64,000 nucleotides of DNA from an uncultured Parachlamydiaceae bacterium (GTDB lineage: Bacteria; Chlamydiota; Chlamydiia; Chlamydiales; Parachlamydiaceae): NCBI GenBank assembly GCA_963742415.1, contig CAVULX010000004.1:832001-896000 (forward strand). Reading direction: 5' to 3'. Shown in pieces: positions 62,401-64,000 of the stretch (its first letter is position 1; the number at the start of each line of letters is the position of its first letter). Under the pieces are notes generated by a model that was not told the origin of the DNA, did no database searches, and was given only the letters and a program-made list of their open reading frames with translations. The translations under genes and the position numbers were made by a program.

Positions 62401-64000
62401 CTGTTTTTCCAATAATTCGTCAAAAACAGGGGAATCGCAAAGTTCTTGAATGGGCTGCTCGATCAAATTTTGACCAGCGGGAGCTTCTTGTAAAAGAAGT
62501 ATTTTCTGCAACTTTTCTATTGCAGATTGACCGATGTCATTTTTGAGTTCTTTGATTTTTTTCTTAACAAATGGACATTGCTCCATTAAAATTTTGTCGA
62601 TCATAACGGCTGATTCGTTAAAATCAGCAATTTGATCTTTTAATTTGCACTCGTGAGTTCGAGGCTCATATATGTCTTTGTAATACTGAATAAAGAGTTC
62701 GTTCAAGGATTTTTTAATGTACTCTGCTAGCTCCGCAGCACCTATAGGAATAATTTTTTCGAGGCCTTCAGTATCAATCCCTGCTTTCTTCACAAATGGA
62801 TCTGCAAAGTTGGCAAATATTTTTTTAAGTGGTTCAAAAGCTTGATCTAATTCTTTTTGCTTATCAGCCTCATTTCCTTCAACACCGTACTTGTTGTTGA
62901 TTGCATCAACCTTACCTTGGTATTCCTTGTAAGCTTTGTCCAGATCATTGAAAGATTGGATCAAATCCTTGAGGAGATTTTCAAGAATTCCAGTTAAGAT
63001 ATGGCGTTGATCGCCCTCTGTTCTCCCTTGAGCCAGGTTTGCAAAAACATGCAATAAGATCGGTTCGCAATAACCGCCTAATGTATCAAGAACTTTCTCT
63101 AATTGCACACCTCTCTTAATTCCTAAAGTTTGGGCTAGCTCAGTAATTATTTTTTTTAGACCTCGAGCATCTTGGCTTTTTTGAGATTTAAGTTCATTTA
63201 AGACCACTTCTTTAAATTGTTTGGTCAAAACAGCAATTAAACCGACAAGATCGTTTGCCCCGGGAAGATTTTGGATCTGCTTTAAATTTTCTTCTCTTGT
63301 AGCGGAAGACTTTCTCATTTTTGTCACAAGATCAAGCAGAAAAGGGGCTAAATTTTTCTTTATTTGCGAAAGAGCAAACCCAGGAAGGTTGAATCCAGGA
63401 ATAGGATTAGGCAAAGTGAGGTCTTCGTCACCATTCGGAAGAGCCTTAGCTAATATTGCTTCTATAATTTCATTAAGGATCTTCTGTTTTTCTTGGTTTA
63501 ATAGTGCAATATCTTGCTTTACTGCATCTGTACTGACTCCTCTTGAGCCTTCCCATTGTTTCATGATTGCTTCGTCTTTAGCGATTTCTGCATCAATAGA
63601 GTTTAAATTAACAGTAATTACATCGATGTTGCTATTTGTAAGAGATGCGACATAATTGACGACGTCAGCGAGGATATTAGGAGAGGAAGAGCCTACCCCT
63701 CGAGATGAACCTTCTCCGTTTCTAAAAGCTTCCTCTTTTGATGCTTTTGCGGCTTGAGCTAAATTGGCAAAAATTGTCAATAAATTCGCTTCCACCCACT
63801 TGCTTATCTCGCCTTGATGCTTCTTTAACAAAAAGGTGATGCCAGCATGACTACCGGGTACCCACTTAGAATAAGCCAAATCTGGCACTTTGGTGATAAT
63901 CGCATCCATGAGTTGAGGAGTGATAGTATTATGAATTGTATCGACAATTTCATGGGCTCCTAGCTCGTTCAATTCCTTTATTTTTGATTCAATAACCTTA
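59494..64000 (-). CDS. Very large alpha-helical repeat protein, 5'-truncated by the window edge
   Basis: Frame stays open to the window end; recurring LLxxxANLA module; no catalytic motifs recognised. Confidence 0.8.
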   Translation of the reverse strand, partial: KVIESKIKELNELGAHEIVDTIHNTITPQLMDAIITKVPDLAYSKWVPGSHAGITFLLKKHQGEISKWVEANLLTIFANLAQAAKASKEEAFRNGEGSSRGVGSSSPNILADVVNYVASLTNSNIDVITVNLNSIDAEIAKDEAIMKQWEGSRGVSTDAVKQDIALLNQEKQKILNEIIEAILAKALPNGDEDLTLPNPIPGFNLPGFALSQIKKNLAPFLLDLVTKMRKSSATREENLKQIQNLPGANDLVGLIAVLTKQFKEVVLNELKSQKSQDARGLKKIITELAQTLGIKRGVQLEKVLDTLGGYCEPILLHVFANLAQGRTEGDQRHILTGILENLLKDLIQSFNDLDKAYKEYQGKVDAINNKYGVEGNEADKQKELDQAFEPLKKIFANFADPFVKKAGIDTEGLEKIIPIGAAELAEYIKKSLNELFIQYYKDIYEPRTHECKLKDQIADFNESAVMIDKILMEQCPFVKKKIKELKNDIGQSAIEKLQKILLLQEAPAGQNLIEQPIQELCDSPVFDELLEKQVLPLIQYNILHLLANLAVNKPGRPAGQKAKLLEDGIQHLLQIVGANVTEPRLLEQIAEWKAMAETTEEEKRAKEVKKVELLKIFEPTMRALLAQVDFDQITLPENLKASLKDDLQSSILPNVIFNVVCDYVMPLVPLKFTSEENRVIAKLSDKDISRIVDQAIEMGLPKGLEAVQGKAPVLAMLINQKAVGGTLTGLEEAFLADNLNQLFEALKAGNCDQFLGGAKGLISIIIKNGLLHLAAAGPEKGDALANALLQIRKIISEQTIDNKNKAMLNKITKYLDNNGKYIKQLNDKKAEINRNRKEMLNLYKTKESLSEGEQKVRVENQLKVKATEDEKLIEEMKVIESKISLQRYIDKLNENDAFSQANSAHISKLTQDLGRLTQELERLPEGDEKLTKENEKKQVEETIKELTQDQIQLSEKRKKIEGKKVIIEEYQQLKGQFKPLVTAVLKGMGYDPEAFPAPLKALLDDEVTGLILESYIETSKAYRSRIKHKGSLNLRFPNLDPQKPDKTLSKAVKDLAAFAVKKLDNFLVVNSVEIADLIEQGLDFQGHHLERIPGNNHMGEIGKVVPKSGEFLFPILQKEIYGQLLEILDNLTGNLKTMEEQNPEKMFDLTLELVELLARHLEKVRDLNPPHQLMNQVEAGIMKNGFRDAAALHFAMYNEEAKKAFYKDLGMWLLKVAGKNGPQDLKVPYELEKEVWKLITETAIPDALSSVLGMLGTPEMIDKILVAGILENINTSLSAAANNPTVPPAGPAQPLTDAALQKQLQNQQRLTRLINVLCGVLPPTMATNLLPKLTHLPKVGSLPAKNLEPVIKDALKDWPLSKIVAFGIFKGAAALEPDLDKKAPVTQAEILDDKNNTATNDQVNNAKVTTEAKEIPVKAKTKVLAWLEHSIIGTLFGWLLRPLIGWIFGKVESSVGQNAQRVRDEINTPINANFVYNGLDALVRHYPAPEARSSASAVETA

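Overview
A low-GC bacterial chromosome segment that looks like an environmental Chlamydiota (Parachlamydiales/Waddlia-like) genome. This is inferred from chlamydia-style gene content and order: rnhC next to a short RodZ-like gene, gatCAB, tandem MarC, a PLD, a SycD/LcrH chaperone, glgB-ligA, and an SRP RNA. Most of the window is housekeeping: recD2, truA, recN, xerD, leuS, rnr, ahcY, tRNA-Pro, lgt, cyclophilin, sodC, ligA, mtaB. Notable non-routine content: (1) an isolated flagellar-type export module flhB-[inserted gene]-flhA-flhF, in which FlhB has lost the NPTH autocleavage motif (DEMK instead) and FlhF has degenerate GTPase motifs; (2) a dispersed family of 9-nt-periodic palindromic repeats that sit just downstream of stop codons, including two ~250-300 bp long-arm palindromes bracketing tRNA-Pro-lgt-fdx-hesB; (3) a second class of cGAAg-loop hairpin elements, one nested in a TA-flanked MITE-like element beside the SRP RNA; (4) two giant effector-like proteins (3162 aa with degenerate helicase-like motifs; >1490 aa with a five-fold internal repeat); (5) glgB broken by three clustered frameshifts; (6) an unlisted 50-aa lipoprotein. 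No CRISPR array, transposase or prophage was seen. All family calls come from motif recognition by eye, not from database searches.
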